Virus record (IMG/VR): IMGVR_UViG_3300045747_000505
Reading direction: 5' to 3' (one strand)
DNA from: a virus
Taxonomy: Duplodnaviria; Caudoviricetes
Length of the DNA stretch: 64,000 nt
This document shows positions 61,447 to 64,000 of the stretch, piece after piece. A model generated the notes under the pieces. It was not told where the DNA came from. It was given only the letters and a program-made list of their open reading frames with translations, and ran no database searches. Within the stretch, counting starts at the first letter, position 1. The number at the start of each line of letters is the position of its first letter. A program made the position numbers and the translations under genes.

Positions 61447-62307
61447 ATGGCTCAAGACTACTACGCAACTCTCGGCCTCGACAAGAACGCCAACGACGAG
61501 GACATCAAGAAGGCCTATCGCCGGCTCGCCTCAAAGCATCACCCAGACAAGGTGCCTGAGGCTGAGAAGGCTTTCGCCACGGCGAAGTTCAAGGAGATCT
61601 CCACCGCGTATGACACGCTGAGCAACGCGGCCAAGCGACAAGCGTACGACAACCCACAGGCTCGTGGCTTTGACCGCAGCGACATGGAGGACATTCTCAA
61701 CGCGATGCGCGCCGCTCACGGACAGCGAGCGCAGGAGATGTACGCCATCGTTGTGACCATCTCGCTGAAGGACGCCTACACTGGCAAGACGCTCAATCTG
61801 AACCTCAACGGTTCGTCCGACTCCGTCGACCTGCCCGCTGGCGTTCCGCACCTCGCTCAAGGCCAGTACACGTCGAAGAACGGCAAGCTCGTCAACATCA
61901 CGGTTCGCATTCAGTCCGAGCCGTTCGCGATGAAGCCGATTCAAGAGGCGACGCGCATCGTCAACGCCGCCGGCAATGCCTTCACTGGGTCGATCGACAC
62001 CGGCGACCTCGAGCTGCGCGTTGACATCGACGCGCTCGACCTCATCATCGGCAAGTGGATCAAGGTCACCGACTTCCTCGGCGAAGAGCTACAGGTTCGC
62101 GTGCCGGGTGGCTTCAACCAGAGCAATCGTCTCAAGGTCAAGGGCAAGGGCTACGTTCACTGGTCGATCGAGAAGGCCGCAGCCGAGCCGCATCGCGCTG
62201 ACCTCTTCGTGCGCATCAACCCAATCTTCTCGCCGATCAGCAAGCTGAACAAGGACCGAGTTCAAGAGCTGCACGACGCGGTGTTCCCCAAGGAGAAGAC
62301 CGAGTGA
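61447..62307 (+). CDS. dnaJ: DnaJ-like co-chaperone (J domain plus C-terminal domain, no Zn finger)
   Basis: DYYATLGL...[16 protein letters not shown]...FKEI..AY.TLS; C-terminal GKGY...DL.V.I. Confidence 0.9.
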   Translation: MAQDYYATLGLDKNANDEDIKKAYRRLASKHHPDKVPEAEKAFATAKFKEISTAYDTLSNAAKRQAYDNPQARGFDRSDMEDILNAMRAAHGQRAQEMYAIVVTISLKDAYTGKTLNLNLNGSSDSVDLPAGVPHLAQGQYTSKNGKLVNITVRIQSEPFAMKPIQEATRIVNAAGNAFTGSIDTGDLELRVDIDALDLIIGKWIKVTDFLGEELQVRVPGGFNQSNRLKVKGKGYVHWSIEKAAAEPHRADLFVRINPIFSPISKLNKDRVQELHDAVFPKEKTE

Positions 62308-62882
62308 CGCTTCAGCTGTCATATGGTGGTCTGCACACCGTCATCTCTGGCGGTCAAACTGGCGCCGATCAGGGTGGACTGCTCGCTGCTTGGCAGCACT
62401 GCGTCAAGACGGGCGGCACGGCGCCAGGTCGCTATCAGACGCAGAACGGTCCCAACCTGCTGCTTCGAACGCTTGGTCTCACCGCCGTCGGCACCTACGC
62501 CTCGCGCACCAAGGTCAACGTTCGTGATGCGGATGCGACCGTCATCATCGCCTACAACCCCGCCTCACCTGGCACGGCGCTGACCGTTGGTGCCTGCGTC
62601 GCGCTCAACAAGCCCTATTTGATCCTCGACGTTCGTGGCAACGTCAACATCGAGCTCGGCATCGATGAGGGCGACCGTTGGACGCTGATTCAACCACACT
62701 GCGTGGCTCTCTACGACTTCTGCATCAAGCACGGTGTGCTCATCCTCAACGTTGCCGGCAATCGAGAGATCCTCGCCATCGACAAGACCGTCACTCCAAT
62801 CGTGACCTCCATCGCTGAGGACATCGTCTTCGGCGCGCTTGAGCTCCTTCGACAGGACGATTTGCTCATTTTCAAACCGTAA
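62304..62882 (+). CDS. SLOG-superfamily protein (putative molybdenum-carrier/YpsA-like)
   Basis: [16 protein letters not shown]...[29 protein letters not shown]. Confidence 0.85.
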   Translation: MTLQLSYGGLHTVISGGQTGADQGGLLAAWQHCVKTGGTAPGRYQTQNGPNLLLRTLGLTAVGTYASRTKVNVRDADATVIIAYNPASPGTALTVGACVALNKPYLILDVRGNVNIELGIDEGDRWTLIQPHCVALYDFCIKHGVLILNVAGNREILAIDKTVTPIVTSIAEDIVFGALELLRQDDLLIFKP

Positions 62883-62906
62883 ATACACGAGCACTACAGC
62901 TCGCGC

Positions 62907-63794
62907 ATGGATTACTACACGACCCTTGGTCTGTCCAAGACCGCCACCCCTCAAGAGATCACGAGAGCTTATCGCAGACTGGCGATGAAGCATCACCCTG
63001 ATCGTAATGAGGGGTCTAAGGTTGCTGAGGAGAAGTTCAAGGAGATCAAGCAAGCCTACGAGACGCTGAGCGATGATGCCAAGCGACGGGCGTACGACAG
63101 CAAGCCCGCGTCATCAACCTCATCGTTCTCGCCTAGTCAGAAGTGGTCGCCACCAGAGTCGGCGTTCAAGGGCTACTACAACGAGAAGACGCGCGGCAAG
63201 CAGTGGATGAACGACGCACCGCCAGTGCGTCCGCCGGTGACCGTTCGTGCAATGCCGTCTGGCGACAGGCATCAGGTCGCGCGCGTCAGCATCGCCGAAG
63301 CGTATCGCGGGTTCAACTGTCTAGTTCAAGTTGGTCCTCGCATTCACAACATCAAGGTTCCCGCTGGCGTTCCACACGGGCTGACGTTCGAGATCGGTGG
63401 CGACACCGTGATGATTCTCTTTCAAGCGAATCAGTACTCGCCAACGCCGTACTCAACGTCGCCAAAGTCCATCGAGATCAACAAGGCAACCAATCAACCA
63501 TCGATCGTTCGCCGTTGCGGTCCACTCTATCTGATGCACACCATCGAGGAGCGAATGTCTGGTCGTTGGAAGCCCCCGCTGCCAACCAGCGTCACGCTCA
63601 CCGACTTTCTCGGTGAGTCCTTCAGCGTCAAGGTTCCACTTGGACTCTCGTCGGACCAGATTCGAACCCCAATCGAGGTTCCACGCCGTGGGTACGTCGA
63701 TTGGTATTCAGACGAGGCGCGCTGCGCCACCACCCGATCCCCACTCTTCGTCACTCTCAACCTTGTTGAGAAGTCCTTCGACACCTTCGCGTGA
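62907..63794 (+). CDS. dnaJ: Second DnaJ-like protein
   Basis: DYYTTLGL...[17 protein letters not shown]...[13 protein letters not shown]; diverged C-terminal domain. Confidence 0.88.
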   Translation: MDYYTTLGLSKTATPQEITRAYRRLAMKHHPDRNEGSKVAEEKFKEIKQAYETLSDDAKRRAYDSKPASSTSSFSPSQKWSPPESAFKGYYNEKTRGKQWMNDAPPVRPPVTVRAMPSGDRHQVARVSIAEAYRGFNCLVQVGPRIHNIKVPAGVPHGLTFEIGGDTVMILFQANQYSPTPYSTSPKSIEINKATNQPSIVRRCGPLYLMHTIEERMSGRWKPPLPTSVTLTDFLGESFSVKVPLGLSSDQIRTPIEVPRRGYVDWYSDEARCATTRSPLFVTLNLVEKSFDTFA

Positions 63795-63805
63795 TACAAT
63801 ACACT

Positions 63806-64000
63806 ATGTCTACAAAACGCTCCGTCTACCTTTCATACCTCCTTCGGCACAAGCCCGAGACCGCTCACCTGACCCTCGACAAGGATGGTTGGTGCGACCT
63901 GAAGCAGCTGCTCGCCAACACGGACTTCACTCTTGAAGAGCTCGAGGACATCGTTGCCAAGGATGCCAAGCAGCGCTACTCCTTCTGGCCGGCGGCGTTG
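63806..64000 (+). CDS. kptA: RNA 2'-phosphotransferase Tpt1/KptA, 3'-truncated by the window edge (not in the ORF track)
   Basis: Translation MSTKRSVYLSYLLRHKPETAHLTLDKDGWCDLKQLL...TLEELEDIVAKDAKQRYS matches the Tpt1 N-terminal S..LRH...L.LD..GW and KQR motifs. Leaderless after TGA-TACAAT at 63795. Confidence 0.85.
   Translation, partial: MSTKRSVYLSYLLRHKPETAHLTLDKDGWCDLKQLLANTDFTLEELEDIVAKDAKQRYSFWPAAL

Noticed and set aside
1-64000. CRISPR array, tRNA genes, rRNA, integrase or transposase, reverse transcriptase
   Set aside because: No regularly spaced repeat-spacer series, cloverleaf, or relevant catalytic motifs were found by eye.

Overview
The window is 64 kb of a large, GC-rich lytic tailed phage with T4-like or jumbo-myovirus organisation. 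There is no host housekeeping context, and it holds dense small early ORFs, virion fibre genes and a split type II topoisomerase. Left to right: (i) NUDIX and HNH genes, then a Ro60/TROVE gene flanked by a ~460-nt highly structured non-coding region upstream and a ~125-nt structured region downstream; (ii) a promoter-rich array of small early ORFs, including a mini type IV pilin, a SpoT-type HD hydrolase, DHFR and a bactofilin-like gene; (iii) a complete PrkA(YeaG)-YeaH-SpoVR(YcgB) cassette interrupted by a homing endonuclease; (iv) a late block of minus-strand tail-fibre/virion genes (up to 2927 aa) with an inserted plus-strand trio that carries capsid-targeting-like leaders, including a nucleotidyltransferase-like and a ligase-like protein; (v) a DinG-like helicase and a UDG-fold / NMP-kinase / sugar-isomerase / nucleotidyltransferase-kinase cluster that suggests sugar-based DNA modification; (vi) YqeY, PTH2-like, topoisomerase II B and A, two DnaJ paralogs, a SLOG protein and a 3'-truncated Tpt1/KptA. 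Three free-standing GIY-YIG-type endonucleases are present. Three promoter classes can be read from the sequence: early promoters with a fixed-position GTTAC element, extended -10 promoters (several leaderless) and a TAAATAG late motif. The best candidate for an undescribed system is the phage Ro60 with its unusually large upstream structured RNA, set among other RNA-repair-type genes. No tRNA, rRNA or CRISPR array was found. All protein family calls come from motif recognition by eye; no database searches were run.
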